From the NCBI GenBank assembly GCA_963733345.1, contig CAVTDX010000109.1, forward strand, positions 1,786 through 65,785: a DNA stretch of 64,000 nt. The letters are read 5' to 3'. The notes beneath the pieces were generated by a model, which saw only the letters and a program-made list of their open reading frames with translations, was not told where the DNA came from and did no database searches. Positions 46,402 through 56,698 of this stretch are shown in pieces. Origin of the DNA: an uncultured delta proteobacterium. Its GTDB lineage: Bacteria; Desulfobacterota; Syntrophorhabdia; Syntrophorhabdales; WCHB1-27. Numbering within the stretch: position 1 is the first letter of the stretch; each line of letters starts with the position of its first letter. The position numbers and the translations under genes were made by a program.

Positions 46402-46450
46402 AGGGAATCTAGGGGCTATCGACGGAATAGACTTAATAGGAGGATAGATA

Positions 46451-47452
46451 ATGAAACTGCTTGGACTCTCGTCCGGAAGGAAAATGCAGAGCTCGGAGGT
46501 GTTGCTCCGCGAAGCGCTGATGGGTGCGGAGGAATCGGGCGTGGAAGTCTCCATGATGCGCCTGCACGACCTTGACATTAAGCCGTGTAAAGGTTGCAGG
46601 ACCTGCACGATGAGTTTCATAGGAGGCGGCGCAGGGGACTGCGTTATCAGAGACGACTTTGCTTTTCTGGACGACCAGCTCCTGGAATGCGACGGAATGA
46701 TCCTCTCCGCCCCCGTCTATGTGCTCGGTCCTCCCGGCATCGTGAAGGTGATTGCGGACAGGAGAGGTCCTTGTCGGGATGTGGCATGGCTGGCCGAGGC
46801 AAGGAAATTGAGAGAGACCCTGCCGAGCCCGCCGGCCAAAGGGCCGGATGAACGGTCTTTCAAGAAGAGGGTAGCCGCGTTCATCAGCGTGGGGGGCGCG
46901 ACGACCCCGCACTGGCTTTCCCTGGGGCTTCCCCTGATGTATCTCTTTACCTTCCCCTCGAACATGACGGTGATCGATCAGATGCAAATTACCTCCATGA
47001 GCCTGCTTGGGAACCCCGTTCTCGACCCCGACGGGCTGGCGAGGGCCAGAAGGCTGGGTCAGAATGTGGCCAAAGCAATGCACCAGCCCACAGAGGACGT
47101 GAGATGGATGGGCGACGAAGGAACATGCCCGGTCTGCCACTCCGACCTTCTTACGGTCAAGACCGCAAATCCGGTGGAGTGCCCTATTTGCGGCATCGCG
47201 GGGACGCTCAAGGTGGATGGCGACCGTATTTCCGTGGTATTCGGCGAAGAGGAGCAAAAGAGATCTCGCCTGTACATGGCCGGCAAGGTTGAGCACTGTG
47301 TGGAAATCAGGGAGAATGTGGGTATGTCCATGCGGAGGCCCGATGCCTTCGACATTCCAAAGAGGATGGAAAAATACGAGTCCTATGGGGTTCCGGTCCT
47401 CGCTCCACCGAGAAAGGAAGGGAAGCCGCCGGCAAAAACAGAGCAAAACTAG
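46451..47452 (+). CDS. NAD(P)H-dependent FMN reductase/flavodoxin-like protein with a C-terminal zinc-ribbon-like extension
   Basis: MKLLGLSSGRK..C.GC..C..ILSAPVY... flavoprotein pattern. CPVCHS..ECPICG in the extension. AGGAGG RBS. Confidence 0.7.
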   Translation: MKLLGLSSGRKMQSSEVLLREALMGAEESGVEVSMMRLHDLDIKPCKGCRTCTMSFIGGGAGDCVIRDDFAFLDDQLLECDGMILSAPVYVLGPPGIVKVIADRRGPCRDVAWLAEARKLRETLPSPPAKGPDERSFKKRVAAFISVGGATTPHWLSLGLPLMYLFTFPSNMTVIDQMQITSMSLLGNPVLDPDGLARARRLGQNVAKAMHQPTEDVRWMGDEGTCPVCHSDLLTVKTANPVECPICGIAGTLKVDGDRISVVFGEEEQKRSRLYMAGKVEHCVEIRENVGMSMRRPDAFDIPKRMEKYESYGVPVLAPPRKEGKPPAKTEQN

Positions 47453-47522
47453 GGGAGAAACGAGCAGGAAACACGACTAAATCTGTGCGCACACCCAAAT
47501 TCCGGTGAAGGAGGAGAAATCC

Positions 47523-47819
47523 ATGGCGGCAGACGGGACATACAATATCACATTGACCACGCCGATGGGGCCGCAGCAGGCCAGGCTGACCCTGAAGTCC
47601 GACGGCGGCTCTCTGAGCGGCGTCTACGAGAGCGCCATGGGTCTGGAGGAATTCAGCGGAGGCGTCGTTGACGGGAACCGCTGTGAGTGGAGCACCACAG
47701 CCAGGACGCCGATGGGTCCGCTGAAACTGAAGGTCTCGGCTGCCGTGGATGGCGACAAGATATCGGGAACTGCGGTCACGTCTTTCGGGACCGCGACGTT
47801 TGAAGGCTTGAAGATATAG
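47523..47819 (+). CDS. Small protein of unknown function with an internal duplication
   Basis: GAAGGAGGAG RBS. TTPMGPQQARLTLKSDGGSLSG and RTPMGPLKLKVSAAVDGDKISG are two similar half-domains. Confidence 0.65.
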   Translation: MAADGTYNITLTTPMGPQQARLTLKSDGGSLSGVYESAMGLEEFSGGVVDGNRCEWSTTARTPMGPLKLKVSAAVDGDKISGTAVTSFGTATFEGLKI

Positions 47820-47908
47820 AAGAGACCCCGCCTAATATATTAAGCACGGCTTTAGATCGATCAGTCGGTCAAGGACGGCAGGGTAATTCAAATCGCAAGG
47901 AGGCTAAA

Positions 47909-50329
47909 ATGACCTTTGCCGATCATAAAGGAGTCGAGTCCGAAGCTGCGCAAGGGATGACCAGGGGTCAGAAGTTGTGGGAAAGGATACGCGATCGACG
48001 CGATAAAGAGCCTGCGTCAATGGAGCGCGCCAGGTTGCTCACCGCCTCCTTCAAGGAGACGGAAGGTTTGCCGGTCCCTATCAGGAGGGCGAAGGCTTTC
48101 GAAAAGATTGTCGCGGAAATTCCCATTTATATAGACGAAGGCCAGCTGTTCGTCGGGGATTTCGGTTCAAAGCCGATGGCGGCAGAGTGGCTGCCCGAGT
48201 ACTACGTGGATTGGGTGGTCCCGGAGTTCGAAAACGGGCAGTTTCTGCAGCAAGTCACGGAAAACGATGTAGAGACAATGAAGGAGATTTGCGACTATTG
48301 GAAGGACAGGGCTCTCAAACCGGCCATTGAGCGCTACCTGGGCGCTGAAAAAATGAAGGAAATCTACGAGATGTGCGACCGGGGGGCCTGGGTTTACAGT
48401 TTTTTTCAGGAGATCGAGGGCGACAAGAGCTGGTATTCCCCCGATTTCGAAAAGGCTATTCAAAAAGGGTTGTCCGGCATACTCGATGAGGTGGAAGGGG
48501 AGTTGGGAGCGACAGGGGTCCGGGACGACGCATCCCGAGATAAAGCGTATTTTCTCCAGGCCCTGGCCATATCCTTGCGGGCGGGAATTCAGTACGGCAG
48601 ACGGTATGCGGCCCTGGCGACGGAATTGGCGGCCTCGGCTGAAGGCGACAGAAGAGCGGAACTCCAAAGGATAGCGGAGATTTGCGATTGGGTCCCTTCG
48701 AGGCCGGCGCGCACCTTCCATGAGGCGCTGCAAACAATGTGGTTTTGCCAGGTCTTAATGTATTACGATGCCGGCGCAGGGGCGGATGCAACAGCCCCGG
48801 GCAGGGTGGACCAGTATCTCTATCCCTATTATAAGCGCGATGTAGAGGAGGGAAGGCTCGCCAGGGAAGAAGCCGTCGAGCTTTTGGAGTGCCTGAGGGT
48901 CAAGATGAGCGCAGGCCGGAGGTTCAGGGCTGTGGCCTCTCGCAAAGGCGCGTCGGGTGAGGCGATGTTTATGAACTGCACACTGGGCGGGCAGACCCCG
49001 GACGGGAAAGACGCCACGAACGAGCTGTCCTACCTCTGGATAGAGGCGGCAATGAGGACGAGAACGCCTCACCCTACCCTTTCCGTGAGATATCATGAGA
49101 ACCTTTCGCCGATATTCGCGATGAAGGCCGCCGAGCTTACCCGGCTCGGGCTCGGTTATCCCGCTTGGTTCGGCGATAAAACGTATATCGAGCACTTGTT
49201 GCGCAAGGGAGTAGGTCTCGAAGAGGCCCGGGGTTATACGCTCGCCGGCTGCGTCCTGCCGGTCATTCCGCACAAGACGGCCGCTACCCTGCCGGTCATC
49301 ATGAATATGCCAAAAATCCTCGAGCTTACGCTCTCGGATGGGTTCGACCCTACAGCGAAGAAACAATTCGGCCCGAAGACCGGCAAGTTCGAAGACTTCA
49401 AGACATACGACGAGCTGTACGGAAAATTCCAGGAGCAGGTAAGATTCTTCCTCGCCAGATCTACAAAGGGTCTCAATGAAGTCCGCCTATTCCGGTCGGC
49501 CGTGCTTCCCCAGGTCTTTGCCTCCTGTCTGTTTGATGATTGCATAAAACGCGGCCAGAACGCCATGGGCGGCGGGTGTGAGCGCCAGCAGGGATCCATG
49601 TACATCCTTCCCGTCGGAATAATAGATGTGGTAGACTCGCTCGCGGCAATCAAAAAACGCGTCTACGAAGAGGGTTCGATCGGCAAGCAACAGCTCATGG
49701 AAGCCCTGAGCGTCAACTTTGAAGGGAAGGAGGATGTGCGCCGGCTTCTTCTGTCTGCGCCGAAGTACGGCAACGGCGACGAGTACGTCGACGGCATGGC
49801 CGCCGATTCGTATGACTGGCTGTGTCGGATGATAAACGGGATAGACGCCTGCTATGGTTCTACTTATGAATGCGCCCCGCACAGCATCTCTTTTCAGGGT
49901 CCTTCCGGCCGCCAGGTCGGCGCCCTTCCAAGCGGCAGGTTGGCCGGCCTCGCGTTAGCCGACGGCGGCGTCTCGCCTGCCCAAGGAATGGATGTGAATG
50001 GCCCCACGGCGGCCATAAGATCTGCCGGCAGGATAAATCAGGTCCCCATATTCGGGACCCTCTTCAACATTAAATTTCATCCCTCTGCGCTGAAGACCCG
50101 GGAAGATCTCCTCAAATTTCTCGCACTCGTCAAGACCTACCTGGTCGACCTCGGCGGAGGGCACATGCAGTTCAATGTCGTAGATAGGAAGATCTTGTTA
50201 GACGCTCAAAAGCATCCGGAGCGTCACCGCAACCTGGTTGTCAGAGTGGCGGGTTACAGCGCCTTGTGGGTGGAATTAGACCCGCAGATTCAGGCAGAGA
50301 TCATACGGCGCACCGAGCACGCGCTGTAG
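47909..50329 (+). CDS. Glycyl-radical enzyme of the PFL2/pyruvate formate-lyase-like family, substrate unknown
   Basis: 806 aa. C-terminal glycyl-radical motif VVRVAGYSALW (Gly codon 50252-50254). Cys loop TLAGCVLPVIP (Cys codon 49250-49252). Confidence 0.9.
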   Translation: MTFADHKGVESEAAQGMTRGQKLWERIRDRRDKEPASMERARLLTASFKETEGLPVPIRRAKAFEKIVAEIPIYIDEGQLFVGDFGSKPMAAEWLPEYYVDWVVPEFENGQFLQQVTENDVETMKEICDYWKDRALKPAIERYLGAEKMKEIYEMCDRGAWVYSFFQEIEGDKSWYSPDFEKAIQKGLSGILDEVEGELGATGVRDDASRDKAYFLQALAISLRAGIQYGRRYAALATELAASAEGDRRAELQRIAEICDWVPSRPARTFHEALQTMWFCQVLMYYDAGAGADATAPGRVDQYLYPYYKRDVEEGRLAREEAVELLECLRVKMSAGRRFRAVASRKGASGEAMFMNCTLGGQTPDGKDATNELSYLWIEAAMRTRTPHPTLSVRYHENLSPIFAMKAAELTRLGLGYPAWFGDKTYIEHLLRKGVGLEEARGYTLAGCVLPVIPHKTAATLPVIMNMPKILELTLSDGFDPTAKKQFGPKTGKFEDFKTYDELYGKFQEQVRFFLARSTKGLNEVRLFRSAVLPQVFASCLFDDCIKRGQNAMGGGCERQQGSMYILPVGIIDVVDSLAAIKKRVYEEGSIGKQQLMEALSVNFEGKEDVRRLLLSAPKYGNGDEYVDGMAADSYDWLCRMINGIDACYGSTYECAPHSISFQGPSGRQVGALPSGRLAGLALADGGVSPAQGMDVNGPTAAIRSAGRINQVPIFGTLFNIKFHPSALKTREDLLKFLALVKTYLVDLGGGHMQFNVVDRKILLDAQKHPERHRNLVVRVAGYSALWVELDPQIQAEIIRRTEHAL

Positions 50330-50412
50330 ATGAATAGGATGGCGGATGATTATTTTAGACAGTAATGTCTCGAAGGATTAGATTAAAAAGAAGATATCGA
50401 ACGGCGACAGCC

Positions 50413-52350
50413 ATGAAAAAAAACCTTACCCAGAAAATACTCAGCGACCATCTTGCCGAGGGCGAACTGTCCCCCGGACGGGAGATCGGCCTCCGGATCG
50501 ACCACACACTGCTCCAGGACGCCACGGGCACACTTGCCATGCCTCGAGTTCGAGGCCCTTGGCCTCCCCGCCGTCAAGACGGCATTGGCGGTCCAGTACG
50601 TGGACCACAACATCCTGCACACGGACTTCAAGAACGCCGACGATCACAAGTTCCTCCAGACCGCCTGCGCGCGATACGGCATCCACTTCAGCGGGGCGGG
50701 CAACGGCGTATCCCATCAGGTCCATATGGAGCGTTTCGGCTCACCCGGCAAGACCCTGCTCGGCGCCGACAGCCACACGACGAGCGCCGCCGGCGTCTCG
50801 ATGCTCGGCATCGGCGCGGGAGGGCTGGACGTGGCCCTGGCCATGGCAGGCTTTCCCTATTACCTTCCCTGCCCTCGCGTGCTCGGCGTCAAGCTGCTGG
50901 GAAGGCTTCCCGACTGGGTGAGCGCCAAGGATGTGATCCTGGAGATGCTGCGCCGCTTTGGCGTCAAGGGCTGTGTGGGCAAGATCGTGGAGTACTACGG
51001 CCCGGGAGCGGCGACTCTTTCCGCCACGGATCGGGAGACCATCGGCAACATGGGCGCTGAACTGGGCGCCACCAGCAGTCTCTTTCCCTCGGACGCTCGG
51101 ACGCGGGAATATCTTGAGGCGCAGGGCCGAGGCCTCGCCTGGCGCGAGCTTTCCGCCGACGAGGGCGCGCCGTACGACGAGGACTTCACCCTTGACCTCG
51201 GGGAGATCGAGCCGCTGATCGCCACGCCCGGCTCGCCCGGCAACGTCGTGCCCGTGCGCGAGGCGGCCGGCGCCAGGGTGGACCAGGTGATAGTGGGCAG
51301 CAGCGCCAATTCCTCCTTCCGGGACCTGATGGTCTCGGCTCGTATGCTGGAAGGCAGGCATGTCCATCCCACTACCTCTTTCCATGTGAACCCCGGCAGC
51401 CGTCAGGTGCTCGAAAACATCGCCCGGGAGAACGGGATTCTGGCTCTCCTCGGCGCCGGCGCCCGGCTGCATGAGCCCGGCTGCCACGGCTGCATCGGCA
51501 TGGGCCAGGCCCCGGGGACGGGCGAGATAAGCCTCAGGACCTTCCCGAGGAACTTTCCCGGACGCTCGGGCACAAAGGATGACAAGATTTACCTTTGTTC
51601 GCCGGAGACGGCGACCGCCTCCGCCCTCCGGGGCGTGATCACCGATCCCCGCGACCTGGCGGGCGAGCAAACATTCCCGCGCCTCCGGGACCCGAAGCGG
51701 TATCTCACGGACGACCGCTCCATCGTCTTCCCCTCCTTGAGCTTGAGGAACACCGTGGTCGTGCGCGGTCCGAACATCAAACCCCTGCCCGAGCTTACCG
51801 CCCTTCCTGACGCACTCGCAGCCGAGGTGGTGCTGCAGGTGGGGGACAACATCTCCACCGATGCGATCATGCCGGCGGGAAGCCAGGTGCTCCCTCTCCG
51901 TTCAAACATTGAGGCCATCAGCGAGCATGTCTTCGAGCAGATCCGTGCCGGTTTCGCCTCTGCCTGCCGGGCCCGGGCGACGTCGTGGTTGTAGGCGGTC
52001 ATAATTATGGCCAGGGGTCGAGCCGCGAGCATGCGGCGCTGGCGCCGCGGCGCCTGGGCGTGCGCGCCAAGATTGTAAAGAGTTTCGCCCGCATCCACGA
52101 ATCCAATCTCTGCAACTTTGGCATCCTGCCGCTCACGTTCAAGGACCCCGGCGACTACGACCGGCTAAGGGAAGGAACGAAGGTTCTGTTTCCCGATGTG
52201 CGAAAACGAATCGAGCGGGGCGACAGGGAGATCCCGGTCGAAGCCGGAGGAAGGACCATCATGACCCTGCTCGACGTGTCGGAGCGCCAGCGAGAGCACC
52301 TCCTGGCGGGCGGGACCCTGAATTTTGTGAAAAGTGAATTGCATGAGTGA
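50413..52350 (+). CDS. Aconitase-family hydratase (large and swivel domains on one chain); two apparent frameshifts (+1 near 50540, -1 near 51976)
   Basis: [27 protein letters not shown] / ..[19 protein letters not shown].. / ..[22 protein letters not shown] lie in three successive frames. Confidence 0.85.
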
Positions 52351-52358
52351 GGATAACC

Positions 52359-52455
52359 ATGGATGGCGCAACGAAAGTAATCACGTCCGAAGGACAGAAG
52401 AAAACGGCGGCAGTCGTTAGGCTGAAGAACATCGGTCTGCGGGGCGTCATGGTAG
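52359..52455 (+). pseudogene. Short 5' fragment resembling a citrate synthase N-terminus
   Basis: MDGATKVITSEGQKKTAAVVRLKNIGLRGVMVADTS matches the gLeGV.a.eT.IS pattern. Similarity stops after about 32 codons. Confidence 0.35.
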
Positions 52456-52617
52456 CGGACACATCGCCAAGGCCATCCGGCTCATCGCTTCCGACCCTAA
52501 CCTTTGCAGAGCGAAGCGGTCTGTGAGGCGCCCGTATGGGGAGGGGGCTTGATCGAAAGACCGAAAGAGGCTACAATGCCTTCATGGAGCATAACATCGC
52601 GAAATCAGGAGAGGATC

Positions 52618-53772
52618 ATGAAAAAGCGGGATGACTCGGGGACGATGAACAGGAGGGATTTCCTGAAAGCAGGGGTGGCGGGCGCGGGCGCCGCTCTGGC
52701 CTTTGGAGGTTTGGCGGGCCTCGTCCGTGCCGAGCCGGCCGGGACCCTCGCATACCGCACCCTGGGAAGGACCGGGCTCAAGGTCACGACCCTCAGCTTC
52801 GGCGCCATGCTGACGCCCGAGTATGAAGTCATACGCGCCGGCCTCGATATGGGCATCAATTACGTGGATACCGCCCGCCGCTATCTGAACGGAAGAAGCG
52901 AATCGATCGTGGGCAGGGCGATCAAGGGCATCCGGGACAAGGTGTATGTGGCTACAAAGACGAAGCCCGATTCGAACACCGCGGACGCCATAGTCAAGGA
53001 CGTGGAGACCAGTCTCGAGGGTCTCGGGACGGACCATATCGACGTCATCCAGCTCCACAACGTGGACGACCCGAAGCGGGCCTTTATCCCTGAAGTGCGC
53101 GAAGCATACCTCAAGCTCAGGAAGCAGGGGAAGGTCCGGTTTTTCGGGGTGACGACCCACACCAACCAGGCGGGGGTGATCGACGCGCTCGTGGACGACC
53201 CGGAGAAGTTCTTCGATACGGTGCTCGTGGCGTACAACATGAAATCGGACCCCGCGCTGAAACAGGCTATCGCCAGGGCCAAAGCGGCCGGCATCGGCGT
53301 GGTCGCGATGAAGATCCAGGCAGCCGCCCGAGGCAGGGACGTTGTCCCGTCCATAAGTCCCGAACAGGCCGCCGCCGCATTGAAGTGGGTGCTCCAGGAC
53401 GCGAACGTGACCAACGCGATCGCGGGGATGAAGACCCTGGAGCACGTGAACCAGATGTTCCCTGTGATGGGGATGAAGATGACGAGCGCCGATGCGCGCA
53501 TCGTAGAAAGGTATGCGGCGGCCATCGATAGGAGCTACTGCAGGCTCTGCGCGAAGTGCGAGCCTACGTGTCCCAAAGGCGTGAAGATCAGCGTGGTGAA
53601 CCGGGCCCTCATGTATGCCCAGGCTTACGGAGAATATGCGCTCGGGAAGGAAACCTTCGGCGAGGCGGCTCGCGCCCGCCTCTGCTCCGCCTGCGCGGAA
53701 TGCACTGCCCGCTGCGTCAACGGCATCGACATTGCCGGGAAGATGCGCCAGGCGGGGAGTCTCTTCGCATGA
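52618..53772 (+). CDS. Tat-exported aldo/keto reductase with a C-terminal Cys-rich (Fe-S-like) domain
   Basis: MNRRDFLKAGVAGAGAALA twin-Arg signal. AKR core (YRTLGRTGL..INYVDTA..Y..G.SE). C-terminal CRLCAKCEPTCP and CSACAECTARC. Confidence 0.85.
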   Translation: MKKRDDSGTMNRRDFLKAGVAGAGAALAFGGLAGLVRAEPAGTLAYRTLGRTGLKVTTLSFGAMLTPEYEVIRAGLDMGINYVDTARRYLNGRSESIVGRAIKGIRDKVYVATKTKPDSNTADAIVKDVETSLEGLGTDHIDVIQLHNVDDPKRAFIPEVREAYLKLRKQGKVRFFGVTTHTNQAGVIDALVDDPEKFFDTVLVAYNMKSDPALKQAIARAKAAGIGVVAMKIQAAARGRDVVPSISPEQAAAALKWVLQDANVTNAIAGMKTLEHVNQMFPVMGMKMTSADARIVERYAAAIDRSYCRLCAKCEPTCPKGVKISVVNRALMYAQAYGEYALGKETFGEAARARLCSACAECTARCVNGIDIAGKMRQAGSLFA

Positions 53773-54670
53773 TGCGCGTTATTTCCGTTCTGGTCGCGCT
53801 TTTGTCCCTTGCCTGTCCGTTGTACGCCGCGGAAGAGGCAGTCGATGCATTGCTCCCGGCGAACTTCGCGCCGGGATGGGCCATGGAAGGCAGGCCGGCA
53901 ACCTATACCCCGCAGACCCTCTACAAATATATCGACGGAGAGGCGGAGCTTTATCTGCCCTACGGGTTTGCGAAGGCCGCGACGGCGCTGTATGTGCGGC
54001 AGGACGGCAAGGACTACGGGGTCGCGGCGACCGTCTTCCGGATGGGATCGCTGCTCGATGCCTTCGGCATCTTCGCGTCGTACCGCGATCAGGCCGCAAA
54101 GCAGACAAACATAGGCGCCGAAGGGTTCGCCGATGAGTCGCAGGTAATGTTTTACCAGGACCGCTACTTCGTGCGGGTCGAGGCCTCGGGCACATTCCCG
54201 GGCGACGCCGGCGGCACTCTTCAGTCTGCCGCAGAGGCGATCTCCCGCAGCCTCCCGGCCGGCCGCGCGAAGCCCCGGGAGCTGGAATTCCTCAAAGTCC
54301 CCGGCGTGGTCCCCCTAACCGAGCGGTATTACGCCGCAGGTCTCCTCGGCCACAACTTCTTCGGAAGGGGAATGACCGCGGAGGCGACGATCGAGAAGGA
54401 ACCGGCAAAATCTGTCGTCATCTTCTGCGCATCCGTCGAGGCCGCGAAGCGGATCTTCGACGATTATGGGAAGTATCTGAAGGAGGCCGGGGCCGCGACC
54501 GATATCAGACCCGAGAAGAACGGCGCTTCTTTGCGCGCCGTTGACCCCTCTATAAGGGCGTGGTTCTGCTGCGCTCCGGCAAATATGTGGCAGGCGTCGT
54601 CGGCCTTAAGCAACCCCGCGCCGGGGACCCCCTCGCGGCGCTTCTGCTCGCGCGAATGTCGAAGGGGTGA
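53769..54670 (+). CDS. Exported protein of unknown function; apparent -1 frameshift in the C-run near 54546
   Basis: MMRVISVLVALLSLACPLYAAEE signal. ATG overlaps the upstream stop (ATGA). A plausible tail, LYKGVVLLRSGKYVAGVVGL..ARMSKG*, lies in the neighbouring frame. Confidence 0.65.
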
Positions 54671-54749
54671 CGGGTCAGGACTCCGCCGTTTCCCAATCGC
54701 TCGATCGGGTGTCGCTCGGCAAGCGCGGCGATCAAGATGGAGGGCGACA

Positions 54750-55202
54750 ATGGAAGATGTGAAGCGTATTCTTGTGATAAGCAGGTCTACAAACGAGTGC
54801 AAAAAGGCGATCCACTACGGTATTTCTCTTGCGAGAACATACGGGGCTCGTCTCTCGATACTCCACGCGATGTACGACCCCTTCTTCCTCAAGGGCGGTT
54901 CTCTCCCCATTCCCCTCCTCCGGGGCTTGGAGGAAGAGTATCGGGCCATGATGCAGAGGGTCAAAGACGACCTCGACACGATGATAAAGAAGGAAAAAGC
55001 CGAAGGGATGGCGATCAAGGAGATAGTGAAAGATGCCGAACCGGTCCATGAAATCCTGAAGACCGTTGAGGCGGAGAAAATAGACCTGCTCATTATGGCC
55101 GCCCATGATGAAACCAGGGTCGAGCACATTGTCTACGGCCGGATCAATCACGAGCTTGTGAGAAGACTGCCCTGCTCGGTCTTCCTTGTGAAGGGAGAAT
55201 GA
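54750..55202 (+). CDS. Universal stress protein (UspA family)
   Basis: KRILVISRSTNECKKAIHYGISLARTYGARLSILH..DLLIMAAHDETRVEHIVYG.INHELVRRLPCSVFLVK. Confidence 0.85.
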   Translation: MEDVKRILVISRSTNECKKAIHYGISLARTYGARLSILHAMYDPFFLKGGSLPIPLLRGLEEEYRAMMQRVKDDLDTMIKKEKAEGMAIKEIVKDAEPVHEILKTVEAEKIDLLIMAAHDETRVEHIVYGRINHELVRRLPCSVFLVKGE

Positions 55203-55422
55203 AGAAAGAAGCACGCCGGATGCGCGGGGGGCGCGCGAAATTAACCCGGCCGCGAAGAACGTCCCCATTGCCGTTTTTCTTTTTCCGGCCGTGGCGATTT
55301 TTGATGGATGGCGCGAAATCGCGTTCGGCCCGCACCGGAGTGTACATTGTGCGTACATGAGGATGCGGGGCGAGCGCGATGACAAAGCCAGGCGCAAAAA
55401 GCGCCCGGCCGCCGGCAGTTGC

Positions 55423-56409
55423 CTACCCCGGCTTCCTCGCCTCCACCAACCCGTCCATCTCCCTTCCCGCACGGATAAGGGAGACGCCGACAAAGCCCGC
55501 CTTTTCCAATCCCTCCCTGATCTCCCCGAACGTGTATGTACCTCCCCCGGTCGTGCCGATCAGCATGTTGACGGCAAAAAGGGCGCCGGCAAGAGGCGAA
55601 GTGCGCGATTCGTCCATGATGTGATCGCGGATGAGTATGCTCCCGCCAGCGTCGAGGGCGCGAAAAACCTTCCGGTAAAGCTCCAGGTTCTGGGCGGGGC
55701 TGTTTTGGTGGATGATTGCTGAAAGGAGGGCGAGATCGCACCCGGAAGGGAGCTCGTCAACGTAGAAGTCTCCGGCCGCAAGCGTCGCTCTGCCGCTCAG
55801 ACCCGCCGCTTGCAGTCTTTCTCCGGCCATGGGGATAACGGGGGCAAGATCGAAAACGACCGCCGTCAACTGCGCATTTGCCTGAAGAAAGGCGATAGTG
55901 TAAGTCCCCGACCCCCCGCCGATATCGAGAAGGCGGCTGAAGCGGCCCGCATCGAAGGCCCGGCCGATCTCCATCGAGAGGCTTACGCCTATCGCGTGCA
56001 TGGCCCCGATAAAAGCCCGGAGGTTAGCCGCGCCTTTTCCCCCTCCCGGCCGTTCCGATGCTTTCCCCGTCCGCACCACGTCGGTCAGGCGGCTCCACTT
56101 CTGCCATAACTCATTGAAATGGAGAAGCATGGGCAAAATGGTCTCGGGATGCCCGGAAGAGAGCATCTTTCCCTGTTCCGTCAGGCTGAAAACGTTTGCC
56201 TCTTTCTTGAGGAACCCCAGAGAGGCGAGAGCATCGAGCAGCCGCTCCATGGCGCGGCTGTCGCAGCCCAGGTCTTTTGACAGGCCGGCAGCGGACGCTT
56301 CCGCCCGGTCGAGGCATGTGAAAACATCCAGCTCGGCGCCGGTCAGAATTATCCGGCTTTGCCAGAAGGCCATTACTTTCCCCATAATCTCTTCCCTGCG
56401 CCCTTCCAT
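55423..56409 (-). CDS. Class I SAM-dependent O-methyltransferase (dimerisation domain plus MT domain)
   Basis: GGGAGGTG RBS before ATG 56409. LLDIGGGSGTYTIAFL (motif I). An N-terminal winged-helix-like dimerisation region. Confidence 0.8.
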   Translation of the reverse strand: MEGRREEIMGKVMAFWQSRIILTGAELDVFTCLDRAEASAAGLSKDLGCDSRAMERLLDALASLGFLKKEANVFSLTEQGKMLSSGHPETILPMLLHFNELWQKWSRLTDVVRTGKASERPGGGKGAANLRAFIGAMHAIGVSLSMEIGRAFDAGRFSRLLDIGGGSGTYTIAFLQANAQLTAVVFDLAPVIPMAGERLQAAGLSGRATLAAGDFYVDELPSGCDLALLSAIIHQNSPAQNLELYRKVFRALDAGGSILIRDHIMDESRTSPLAGALFAVNMLIGTTGGGTYTFGEIREGLEKAGFVGVSLIRAGREMDGLVEARKPG

Positions 56410-56613
56410 GCTTTCACCTCCCGAAGATTGCGAAGAGTCCGCCGTCCATAGTATAACGAGAGGTCTCAATGCAGGCAATACGGGACGTCGCGGGGGCAAT
56501 CCGTTCACGATTATGAACGCGGGGTCGCTTCATTACGATGCCCGGATACTTCCCGTTTCCGGGAAAACATCGCTTTTTCTGCGGCAAAGAAGGGGCCGAT
56601 GGAGAAATAAGAA

Positions 56614-56645
56614 TTGACATGAGCCTTTCATTATAGTTATATAAT
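56614..56645 (+). promoter_or_regulatory. Sigma70-like promoter
   Basis: TTGACA (56614-56619), 17-20 nt spacer, TTATATAAT region (56637-56645). About 55 nt upstream of ATG 56699. Confidence 0.45.
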
Positions 56646-56698
56646 TACGACTCTAGCGCGATTAATTGCGTAATCTGACACACTTCGGAGGTATTTCT

